A DNA stretch of 34,353 nt from an uncultured Calditrichaceae bacterium (GTDB lineage Bacteria > Calditrichota > Calditrichia > Calditrichales > Calditrichaceae), in the NCBI GenBank assembly GCA_964547355.1, contig CAZJNP010000001.1, forward strand, positions 1 to 34,353, given 5' to 3'. The notes beneath the pieces are model-generated. The model saw only the letters and a list, made by a program, of their open reading frames with translations. It was not told where the DNA came from and did no database searches. Within the stretch, counting starts at the first letter, position 1. The number at the start of each line of letters is the position of its first letter. This document shows positions 8,199-15,664 of the stretch, one piece after another. Both the position numbers and the translations under genes were made by a program.

Positions 8199-9212
8199 TT
8201 ACGAATGACTTAAATTTAACTGGTTCTTCTCTAATAAACAACAAGCAAGAATCGTTGTTTTAATAAAACTTTCCGCGCTGCCGGTGGCAGGCAGGCCGTG
8301 TACCGGTTTCCTGAAACCGGTGTAAAAGGGCCCGTAAAGATGCCATCCGGCCAAATCGCGTGCGATCTTATACCCGATGTTGGCCGCGTTCAGCGAGGGA
8401 AAAATGAGCACATTGGCTTGACCCTGCAATTTACTACCGGGCGCTTTTTTGGCGGCCACTTCCGGCACGATGGCCGCGTCGAACTGCAATTCTCCCTCAA
8501 TGGTCATGCCGGTTTTTTGCCCCTGCGCCTGTTGCACGGCTTTCGTTACCTGATCCACCAGCTCGTGCCGGGCGCTGCCCATGGTAGAAAACGAAAGCAA
8601 CGCCACCCGCGGCTCTTCTTCGGTCATTTGCGCGTAAGCCCGCCCCGTGTTCACCGCAATGGACGCCAATTGCTGCGCCGTTGGCCGGGGCAGCACGCAG
8701 CAATCCGCGAAAGCCAGCGCCCGTTGGTTGTCCGGGCTAACCAGTAGATAAAATCCTGATACCGTATTTTCGGCCTCATCCACACCCACCATCTGGAGAA
8801 CCGCTTGCAACGCATCTTTAATGGGCGATTGGTTTCCGGTCATCACAAGGTCGGCCAATCCCCTGGCCACAAAACCGCTGCCGTACCAGAGCGGGTCGTT
8901 TAGCAGTGATTCTGCCTGGTAACGGGTCAGCCCTTTGGCTTTACGGCGGTCAAAGAAAGCGCGTACCAAATGGTCAAATTCCGGATCGTGCCGGGGTTGA
9001 CGAATCTTGATCCCGGTCAGAGAAATGCGAAAACGTGCGGCGAAATCCCGGATGGCGGACTTGGCGCCAATCAAAATCGGGTCTGCCAGGTTTTCATCCT
9101 TCAGATAACGAACCGTTTGCAGTACGCGTTCGTCCAGAGCGTCGGTAAAAACAATGCGGCGCGGTCGTTTACGGCAGCCTTCACGGCACCGATTTATGAT
9201 CTTTTCAAACAT
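8199..9212 (-). CDS. eutD: Phosphate acetyltransferase, EutD/Pta-type
   Basis: It is strongly collinear with E. coli EutD. Our N-terminus MFEKIINRCRE…RRIVFTDALDERVL matches EutD MIIERCRE…ARVVFPDALDQRVL. 'GFADCCVLPRPTAQQLASIA…EEPRVALLSFSTMGSARH' matches EutD '[20 protein letters not shown]…EEPRVAMLSFSSNGSARH'. 'GELQFDAAIVPEVAAKKAP…ANVLIFPSLNAANIGYKIA' matches 'GELQFDAAFVPEVAAQKAP…ANVMVFPSLEAGNIGYKIA'. The 337 aa compares with 338 for EutD. Confidence 0.9.
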   Translation of the reverse strand: MFEKIINRCREGCRKRPRRIVFTDALDERVLQTVRYLKDENLADPILIGAKSAIRDFAARFRISLTGIKIRQPRHDPEFDHLVRAFFDRRKAKGLTRYQAESLLNDPLWYGSGFVARGLADLVMTGNQSPIKDALQAVLQMVGVDEAENTVSGFYLLVSPDNQRALAFADCCVLPRPTAQQLASIAVNTGRAYAQMTEEEPRVALLSFSTMGSARHELVDQVTKAVQQAQGQKTGMTIEGELQFDAAIVPEVAAKKAPGSKLQGQANVLIFPSLNAANIGYKIARDLAGWHLYGPFYTGFRKPVHGLPATGSAESFIKTTILACCLLEKNQLNLSHS

Positions 9213-9217
9213 CGCGG

Positions 9218-9526
9218 TTACTTTTTGAATCTTTGCAGCACGTCGATGACCACTTCCCGGATCAGGTTCGGATCGCGCTGGTCGGCCGGCAAACGCTCCA
9301 CGACACGCTCAATCACCTGGCGCACAGTGGTTTCGTCGATATCGTTAAATTGAGCGTTTTGGGCCGCGTCCGGCTGTTTTTGCTCTTCCAGCAGCGCAAT
9401 CCCCAGGTCTTTGGCTAGTGAACGGGCTTCGGGCGTTACGATGTATTGGTTTTTAAACGCCTCGATTTCCTTAATGCCGTCTGTGTGCGCCTGCCGTACC
9501 ATGCGGGCGGTGATTAATTTCTTCAT
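9218..9526 (-). CDS. Small protein (102 aa) of unknown family with a basic N-terminus. It is translationally coupled downstream of ParA and is a candidate ParA partner or adaptor.
   Basis: Its ATG overlaps the ParA stop (ATGA), and its own stop lies 5 nt before the eutD start. The N-terminus 'MKKLITARMVRQ' is Lys/Arg-rich, and the protein is predicted helical. I did not recognise the family. Confidence 0.55.
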   Translation of the reverse strand: MKKLITARMVRQAHTDGIKEIEAFKNQYIVTPEARSLAKDLGIALLEEQKQPDAAQNAQFNDIDETTVRQVIERVVERLPADQRDPNLIREVVIDVLQRFKK

Positions 9527-10308
9527 TTTTCTGCCGGGCCTCCGGTAAGTCGCATGCGGTTTAATATTTCTTCGGCCAGGGCCATATACTCTTTAGCGCC
9601 ACGGGCTGAAGGAGCGTAATCGATAACCGGTTTCCGGACGTGAAACGCTTCGACCAGCTTGCTGTTTACGCCGATCACCGTCTGAAATATTTGTCTGGGA
9701 AACCGTTGTTGGATCAGAGTGTACACGTCTTTGGCCACGCGCGTGCGGCGGTCGTATTGCGTGCCGAAGACGCCCAGAATCCTTAACCTGGGATTCAGAT
9801 GGCGCCTGGTTTTTTCGATGACGTTTAACGTTACGTCCAGTCCGCTGAGACCGAGATACTGGGTTTGGATGGGGATCAGAACGTAATCGGCAATGGCCAG
9901 CGCATTTAAAGCCAGGCTGCCCATGTTGGGCGGACTATCAAACAGGACGATTTCAAAGCGATCCGGGAAATCTTCCCGGTGCAGAAAAAAATCCTGCTCT
10001 TCTTCCAGGGCTATTTCTTCCAGAAATTCGCTCAGCGCCGGCTCGGAGGGTAAACAGTGCAGGAATCCGTTGCCGACCGGGTAAATATAATCGGAAATTT
10101 TGCGCTGGGGTTGGATTAAAAAATCGCAAATGGTTTGGTAATCCTTCTCCTGCTTGTCAAAGCCGAAGTGCAGCGAGGCGCTGGCCGAGGGGTCCAGGTC
10201 TACCAGCAGACAGCGTTGATTCATTTTGGCGAAGCAGGCCGCTAAATTGACCGCGCTGGTGGTTTTCCCGATGCCGCCTTTGTTGTTGACGATGGCTACG
10301 AATTTCAT
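9523..10308 (-). CDS. ParA/MinD/Soj-family P-loop ATPase (deviant Walker A 'KGGIGKTT')
   Basis: The N-terminus 'MKFVAIVNNKGGIGKTTSAVNLAACFA' carries the classic ParA deviant Walker A with the signature Lys. The ~261 aa length fits the family. The start overlaps the EutK-like stop (ATGA). Confidence 0.85.
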   Translation of the reverse strand: MKFVAIVNNKGGIGKTTSAVNLAACFAKMNQRCLLVDLDPSASASLHFGFDKQEKDYQTICDFLIQPQRKISDYIYPVGNGFLHCLPSEPALSEFLEEIALEEEQDFFLHREDFPDRFEIVLFDSPPNMGSLALNALAIADYVLIPIQTQYLGLSGLDVTLNVIEKTRRHLNPRLRILGVFGTQYDRRTRVAKDVYTLIQQRFPRQIFQTVIGVNSKLVEAFHVRKPVIDYAPSARGAKEYMALAEEILNRMRLTGGPAEK

Positions 10309-10859
10309 TTCCGCCTCTTGGGTTTAATGGCGAAATAACGCTGCCGGATTTTTTCCACCGCACTGGCGTCCATGAGTTGTTTCAGGATCAAACGCAGCTG
10401 AGCCGCTTCCAGTTTAAAGCGGGCGGCCATTTCCTGAAGGGAGGCGCCCTGCGGCGATTGCTTTAAATGATCCAGAATGAGTTGGTCGGGAGGTTGAGAA
10501 GGGGACGCGGGCTTTTTGGCCCCTTTTCTTCGTTTGGACGCGGGTTTGGTGGCAGACGGTGCGGGCGGTTTGCGTTTGGGAGCGCCGATCCATTCTTCCA
10601 CCAGATGTTGCGTGTCGTCGAACGGATTGGCGATTACGTGAGCGGCCACCAGTTCACCGACGCGGTCGGCCGCCACGCTGCCGGCATTAACCGCGGCCTG
10701 ACAGGCACCCAGTTCGCCCCGAACCACAATCATTACCAGCGCGCCGCCCACCCGGCGCCATTTGATCAGTTCCACTTTGGCTGCTTTGACCATGGCATCG
10801 GCCGCTTCGATCGCTCCCACATAGCCGCGCGTTTCTATAAAACCGTAGGATAGCTTCAT
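10305..10859 (-). CDS. eutK: EutK-like shell protein: N-terminal BMC-H domain, a basic Pro/Lys/Ala/Ser-rich disordered linker, and a C-terminal helix-turn-helix (EutK_C-like) domain
   Basis: The BMC domain reads '[27 protein letters not shown]…VMIVVRGELGACQAAVNAG'. The linker reads 'APKRKPPAPSATKPASKRRKGAKKPASPSQPP'. The C-terminal ~60 aa (LILDHLKQSPQGASLQEMAARFKLEAAQLRLILKQLMDASAVEKI) looks like a winged-helix domain, as in the E. coli EutK C-terminal domain. The start is either M at 10877 or M at 10859. Confidence 0.75.
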   Translation of the reverse strand: MKLSYGFIETRGYVGAIEAADAMVKAAKVELIKWRRVGGALVMIVVRGELGACQAAVNAGSVAADRVGELVAAHVIANPFDDTQHLVEEWIGAPKRKPPAPSATKPASKRRKGAKKPASPSQPPDQLILDHLKQSPQGASLQEMAARFKLEAAQLRLILKQLMDASAVEKIRQRYFAIKPKRRK

Positions 10860-10953
10860 AATTAATAAATTAAACAAATAATCGCTTTACAAGCAAGCAA
10901 GAATCAAACTTGGGCCAAATAAATCTAAAGCTGCTCCCGTGCGGGAAACCCGG

Positions 10954-12555
10954 TTACGCCAAAATTGCCAGCAGTTTGCAAAAAACCATCATCATCAGCA
11001 TGGCAAAAGGATAAACGGAGGCATACAGCACCAGCGGCCTCTGGGAATCGGTCATGGCCGTTCCTGCGGCCAAGCCGGGAGTAGAGGTCATACCGCCACT
11101 GATCAAACCGAACAGGTCGAGTAAAGAGAGCTTGTATTTCCATCGCGCGTAATAAGTAACGGTAATCATCGGAAGCAGCGTAATTAGTGCGCCAAAGAGT
11201 ACAAGCGTCATACCTTGCCCGCGTAATATTTCCAGCACCTGCGAACCGGCCCGGATGCCCACCACGGCCAAAAAGAGCGTCAATCCGAATTCACGCATAA
11301 AAGTCACGATGGGCGCCGGCACAAACCATATCACCGGCCCTACTTTACCGCGGTTGCTCAGAAACAGCCCGGCCAGCAGCACACCGCCGGTGATGCCCAG
11401 GTTAAAAGAAATCACCTTCCCGATCGAAAAAGGAATCAATCCGGCTAAAATACCTAACAGGATCCCCAGGATAATGGAAAAAATATTGCCGTATTCCAGC
11501 TTTTTCATTTCGTCGCCGAATAATTTGCGGATTTCGTCCATGTGCGTTGCGTCTCCAGCCACCCGCACCCGGTCTCCCCAGCACAGGCGCTGATTGGGTT
11601 CGGCCGCGAATTCCACTCCGCCGCGCCGTATACGCGTGATATTGGCATTAAACAGGGCATGCAGATTGAGTTCGCCGATGGTTTTTCCGATAATTTGTTT
11701 ATTGGTGACCACAAACTTACGCGACTCAAAATATCGGCTTTCCGGCATTTTTGATTTGGACTCGCGCCCCAGAAAGGGAGTGGCTTTTTTAACCTTGGTC
11801 TCCTCACCTACAATTCGGACGATGTCATTCACATGCAGCACCGTGTCGGATTTGGGGATATGCAGTTCCCCGTTATGAATGACCCGGGAAATGATGATTC
11901 CGGTCACGCGGGTGAGGTCCAGCTCCTTTAACGTTTTGCCGTTCAGTTCTTCGTTGGTGATGCGCACCTGCTTGCTGATCACCGGTTCCCGGGCCGACTG
12001 TTCTTCCTGTTTGATGCGTTCTTCTTCGTTTTTGATGGACGTTTTAAACAGTGCCGGCATGAGCTTGACGAACAAGATGACGCCAATTACGCCAAAGGGG
12101 TATGCCACTCCGTAACCGGTGGAGGTAAGATGGGAACCGGTGGCCTCCTGAGCGGCCGCCAAACCGGGCGTGCTGGTCATGGCCCCGGCAAATAATCCGA
12201 TGGCTAAGGCCATATCCAGATGCCCAAAATAAGAGATCAGAAAGGTCAGCAGGGCGCCGCCGCCCAAAAGAAGAAAGACCAGCGTGTTCAGTTGCAACGA
12301 TTGGCTGCGCGACATATTGAAAATGGTAGGCCCGGCCTGAAGACCAATGGCGTAAATAAACAAGATGAGACCCATCATCTGAAAATCGTGATTGAGCGTA
12401 AACCCGTAATTGCCGAACAGCATGGCTACGAACAGGATGCCGGAAGATTCAAAAGAAAAGCCAAATATCTTAATCTGCCCGAAAATGAAACCCAGGGTAA
12501 TAATCAGAAACAATAAAATGATTTGGTGCTGCTGTAAATAAACGGATATTTCCAT
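10954..12555 (-). CDS. Membrane transport protein of the AAE (aspartate:alanine exchanger)/YidE-YbjL family with two central TrkA-C (RCK_C) domains
   Basis: The 533-aa protein has duplicated hydrophobic halves flanking two cytoplasmic ~70-aa repeats ('RVTGIIISRVIHNGELHIPKSDTVLHVNDIVRIVGE' and 'IIGKTIGELNLHALFNANITRIRRGGVEF…GDRVRVAGD'). This domain order is diagnostic of YidE/YbjL/AspT-type transporters. It is the first gene of the minus-strand operon. Confidence 0.7.
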   Translation of the reverse strand: MEISVYLQQHQIILLFLIITLGFIFGQIKIFGFSFESSGILFVAMLFGNYGFTLNHDFQMMGLILFIYAIGLQAGPTIFNMSRSQSLQLNTLVFLLLGGGALLTFLISYFGHLDMALAIGLFAGAMTSTPGLAAAQEATGSHLTSTGYGVAYPFGVIGVILFVKLMPALFKTSIKNEEERIKQEEQSAREPVISKQVRITNEELNGKTLKELDLTRVTGIIISRVIHNGELHIPKSDTVLHVNDIVRIVGEETKVKKATPFLGRESKSKMPESRYFESRKFVVTNKQIIGKTIGELNLHALFNANITRIRRGGVEFAAEPNQRLCWGDRVRVAGDATHMDEIRKLFGDEMKKLEYGNIFSIILGILLGILAGLIPFSIGKVISFNLGITGGVLLAGLFLSNRGKVGPVIWFVPAPIVTFMREFGLTLFLAVVGIRAGSQVLEILRGQGMTLVLFGALITLLPMITVTYYARWKYKLSLLDLFGLISGGMTSTPGLAAGTAMTDSQRPLVLYASVYPFAMLMMMVFCKLLAILA

Positions 12556-12755
12556 GTCGTCTTTTTCTTAGTTGTTTGAAAGGCGGAATTTAAGCATGCG
12601 GTATCAATTAACCAATAAAAAAATAAGATTTATTTTGCCGTGATTGTCATGGATAAAGATGCATTTAACAGAATCATGAAACGATTACAAAAAGCGCATT
12701 CTCCGGCGTGGAATTAAAAAAAAATTCTTTTTCCTGTTTTCTAATTTCTCTATTC

Positions 12756-12784
12756 TTGTTTACTGCGCTTAAGTACGCTTATTA
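12756..12784 (+). promoter_or_regulatory. Candidate sigma70-type promoter (TTGTTT-17 nt-TTATTA) for the mutase/BMC-P/deoC/deoA operon. It lies within the 327-bp divergent control region 12556-12882.
   Basis: Hexamer spacing read from the sequence. Another possible promoter in the opposite orientation (TGACAA…TTATTT near 12640-12600) would serve the transporter/shell operon. Neither has been checked against the host's promoter consensus. Confidence 0.25.
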
Positions 12785-12882
12785 AAATATGGAGGTCTTT
12801 GCGTGATTTACCCAAATTCCCTTGTGTTTATCCGCCGGTCGGTTTAAATTGTTGTTTTATTGGGATCAGTATTTAAGGAGGA

Positions 12883-14238
12883 ATGGTGGCTGCGTTAATG
12901 GTATCTATATCGGGCATTCGGGGAGTGATCGGTGAGTCTCTGACGCCGGCTGTGGTGGACAAATACATTTCGGCCTTCGCCAAATATCTGAACGGCGGCA
13001 AAGTGGTGCTGGGCAGAGATTCCCGTGTTTCCGGGCCTTTTTTGTCCGATCTTGTGCGGGGTGTTCTGGTGGCTTCCGGTTGTCAGGTAATCGACATCGG
13101 AATTGTGCCCACGCCCACGGTTCAGTTAGAGGTGGAACATCATCAGGCGGCCGGTGGCATTGCCATTACGGCCAGCCATAACCCCATTCAGTGGAATGGT
13201 TTAAAATTTATGGGCAGCGACGGCCGCTTTTTGAGTCCCGCGGAAGCGGAAAAGGTGTTTGCCATGGCCGACTATGGCGAAACGGATTTCAAAGCCTGGG
13301 ATCGACTGGGTACGATCGCGCTGGATGACGGCGCCATTCGACGTCATATTGAGCGGGTTAAAAAAATCTCTTACATTGATGTGGAGGCGTTGCGTAAACG
13401 TCGCTTCAAGGTGGCGGTGGATACGGTGAACGGTGCCGGCGGTGTCATCATACCGCAACTACTGGAAGAGTTAGGCTGCGAAGTGATTACCCTGAATCAG
13501 GAACCGAACGGACGGTTTGCCCACACACCGGAACCTCTGCCGGAGAACCTGACCCAGCTGTGCGAGAAAGTAAAAGAAACCGGCGCCGACGTGGGATTTG
13601 CGGTGGATCCTGATGTGGATCGCTGCGCAATCGTGGATAACAATGGCCGGCCTATCGGCGAAGAGTACACGCTGGTGATCGCCACCAAACTGGTGTTCAG
13701 TAAAAAAATGGGACGCATGGTGGTTAACATGTCCACGTCGCGGGCGTCGGAAGATATAGTGAAATACTACAACGGCATGTTCATGCGCAGCAAGGTGGGC
13801 GAAATAAACGTAGCCGAAAAGATGAAGGAAATCGACGCCATCTTAGGCGGCGAGGGCAACGGAGGGGTCATCCTGCCGGAAGTACATCTGGGAAGGGACG
13901 CGCCGGTGGCTGTGGCGTTAACATTGCAGCAGTTGCTGGAATTCGGCGGAACCATGGCCGAACTGCACGCTTCTCTGCCGCAATATGTGATGATTAAGCA
14001 AAAAGTGAATATCGAGGGCATGGACCCGGATCGGGTGCTGCAAGTCATGGCCGAAAAATACAAAGACCGGCCGATCGATTTGCTGGACGGGGTGAAGATC
14101 GATTTTGAGAACAGCTGGGTGCACATGCGCAAGTCCAACACGGAACCGATTGTGCGCGTGATTAGCGAAGCGCCCACGGAGGAAGAAGCGCTGTCATTAG
14201 GTAAACGTTTTATGGACGAAATAAAGGCGTTAATGTAA
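12883..14238 (+). CDS. Phosphohexomutase-superfamily mutase (PGM/PMM/GlmM-like). From its neighbours it probably acts as a phosphopentomutase (deoxyribose-1-P to deoxyribose-5-P).
   Basis: It has the active-site 'TASHNP' phosphoserine motif and an N-terminal 'SISGIRGV' Mg/phosphate loop. The 451 aa fits GlmM and the archaeal-type PPM. AAGGAGG lies 6 nt upstream of the ATG. The function is assigned from context (the deoC and deoA neighbours), not from sequence. Confidence 0.75.
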   Translation: MVAALMVSISGIRGVIGESLTPAVVDKYISAFAKYLNGGKVVLGRDSRVSGPFLSDLVRGVLVASGCQVIDIGIVPTPTVQLEVEHHQAAGGIAITASHNPIQWNGLKFMGSDGRFLSPAEAEKVFAMADYGETDFKAWDRLGTIALDDGAIRRHIERVKKISYIDVEALRKRRFKVAVDTVNGAGGVIIPQLLEELGCEVITLNQEPNGRFAHTPEPLPENLTQLCEKVKETGADVGFAVDPDVDRCAIVDNNGRPIGEEYTLVIATKLVFSKKMGRMVVNMSTSRASEDIVKYYNGMFMRSKVGEINVAEKMKEIDAILGGEGNGGVILPEVHLGRDAPVAVALTLQQLLEFGGTMAELHASLPQYVMIKQKVNIEGMDPDRVLQVMAEKYKDRPIDLLDGVKIDFENSWVHMRKSNTEPIVRVISEAPTEEEALSLGKRFMDEIKALM

Positions 14239-14239
14239 C

Positions 14240-14524
14240 ATGCAGATTTGCCGGGTGATCGGGGATATTGTGTCCACGGTTAAAAACGAACATTTTAAGG
14301 GAAAGAAAATTCTGATTGTTCAGCCGCTGGACCTGGAGGATCAACCGCAGGGCAAAGCATTTTTAGCTTTGGATACGGTACAGGCCGGACCGGGCGACCG
14401 CGTTCTGGTGATGCGGGAAGGCGGTTCGGCGCGCATTATTTTTGAGGATAACGATATCCCGGTGCAGGCGGTCATTACCGCCGTGGTGGACGATATTCGC
14501 TTAGACGCGGACGCGCTTGATTAA
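14240..14524 (+). CDS. eutN: BMC-P pentameric vertex protein (EutN/PduN/CcmL family)
   Basis: The 94-aa protein matches the EutN pattern at 'ICRVIGDIVST' and 'QAGPGDRVLVMREGGSAR' (compare EutN 'GAGPGEWVLVSRGSAAR'). Its ATG begins 1 nt after the mutase stop. Confidence 0.85.
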   Translation: MQICRVIGDIVSTVKNEHFKGKKILIVQPLDLEDQPQGKAFLALDTVQAGPGDRVLVMREGGSARIIFEDNDIPVQAVITAVVDDIRLDADALD

Positions 14525-14607
14525 CAAATCTCCGCACATTAGCGAGGCAAAACACTTGTGAGGAGAAAAAAGAAATGCGAAAACCTGTTTAAAATAGAGG
14601 ATTATTT

Positions 14608-15432
14608 ATGTCTTCCATTACCAGCGATGTGATTGAACGGATTATTTCCCAGGTCATTTCCGAGAAACATATTGCACCGCGACCATTCACGTACGACGCG
14701 GCCAACGAATTGATTTCTTTCGGCGCCAATCGGGTCGGTGCTGTGGGTCCCACTTGTCCGCCCAAATACGAACTGGCACGCTGGATTGACCATACACTGC
14801 TCAAACCGGACGCTACACAAAAAGACGTGGAAAAAATCTGCTACGAAGCCCGTGATTACCATTTCGCTTCTGTGTGTATCAATCCTACCTGGGTGCCTTT
14901 GGCACATAAAATTTTACGCGGCAGCGAGTCCCGTGTGTGCACCGTGATCGGCTTTCCACTGGGCGCCACATTCCCGGAAGTCAAAGCCCGTGAAGCGCAA
15001 CTGGCCGTTGAAAACGGCGCTGACGAGCTGGATATGGTCATTAACATCGGTGCGCTCAAGTCCGGCGATTATGATCTGGTGGAACGGGATATTCGCGCGG
15101 TGGTACGCGCTGCGGGCCGGCGTATCGTTAAAGTGATTATTGAAACCTGTTTATTAACCGACGAAGAAAAAGTTAAAGCCTGCGCCATTGCCAAGCATGC
15201 CGGAGCCAATTTCGTCAAAACGTCCACCGGTTTCAGCAAGGGCGGTGCCACGGTGAAAGATGTGGCTTTGATGCGCAAGGTCGTAGGCGAATCCATGGGT
15301 GTAAAAGCCAGCGGCGGCGTACGCTCCTACGAGGAAGCCTGTAAAATGGTGGAAGCCGGTGCCACCCGCATTGGCGCCAGCGCCAGCGTGGCTATTGTGG
15401 GTAACGGGAACGGTAAGGACGCGGATTACTAA
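14608..15432 (+). CDS. deoC: Deoxyribose-phosphate aldolase (DERA/DeoC) with a ~50-aa N-terminal extension carrying a putative encapsulation peptide
   Basis: The core is class I aldolase TIM: '…[18 protein letters not shown]…' and '[21 protein letters not shown]…VKASGGVRS', including the Schiff-base Lys in 'FVKTSTGF'. The extension '[20 protein letters not shown]' is an amphipathic helix that is absent from free DeoC (E. coli DeoC starts near the equivalent of 'LKPDAT'). Confidence 0.9.
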   Translation: MSSITSDVIERIISQVISEKHIAPRPFTYDAANELISFGANRVGAVGPTCPPKYELARWIDHTLLKPDATQKDVEKICYEARDYHFASVCINPTWVPLAHKILRGSESRVCTVIGFPLGATFPEVKAREAQLAVENGADELDMVINIGALKSGDYDLVERDIRAVVRAAGRRIVKVIIETCLLTDEEKVKACAIAKHAGANFVKTSTGFSKGGATVKDVALMRKVVGESMGVKASGGVRSYEEACKMVEAGATRIGASASVAIVGNGNGKDADY

Positions 15433-15664
15433 AGCAGCGATTGTCGTGATTCGGTGTTCGTTAATGGGCATTATGATTTGATTAATAGCCCTTGACCAAT
15501 GTCCAAAGGCCAATGGTTAATTACACACAGATAGCAGTTAAATGAACGATGAATTATGACCACCGAATGAAGAATTGCGATTTCGAGGTCAATCTTCTTC
15601 TTTTGTATTCGGATGGGAAAAAATATAAAGAAAAAAAATAAATCTAAACCAGAGAAGGAATGGT

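Noticed and set aside
8236-10913. A shared 13-mer (GATTCTTGCTTGT on the minus strand) upstream of both the EutK-like gene (10893-10913) and the BMC-H copy 2 region (8236-8250), considered as a possible regulatory motif
   Set aside because: About 18 chance 13-mer repeats are expected in a 34-kb window (both strands). One copy lies inside the pta coding sequence. This is not significant without conservation data.
12650-12721. 23-codon ORF (MDKDAFNRIMKRLQKAHSPAWN) in the divergent control region
   Set aside because: It has no RBS, and it lies where promoters and operators for the two BMC operons are expected. It is probably a chance ORF.
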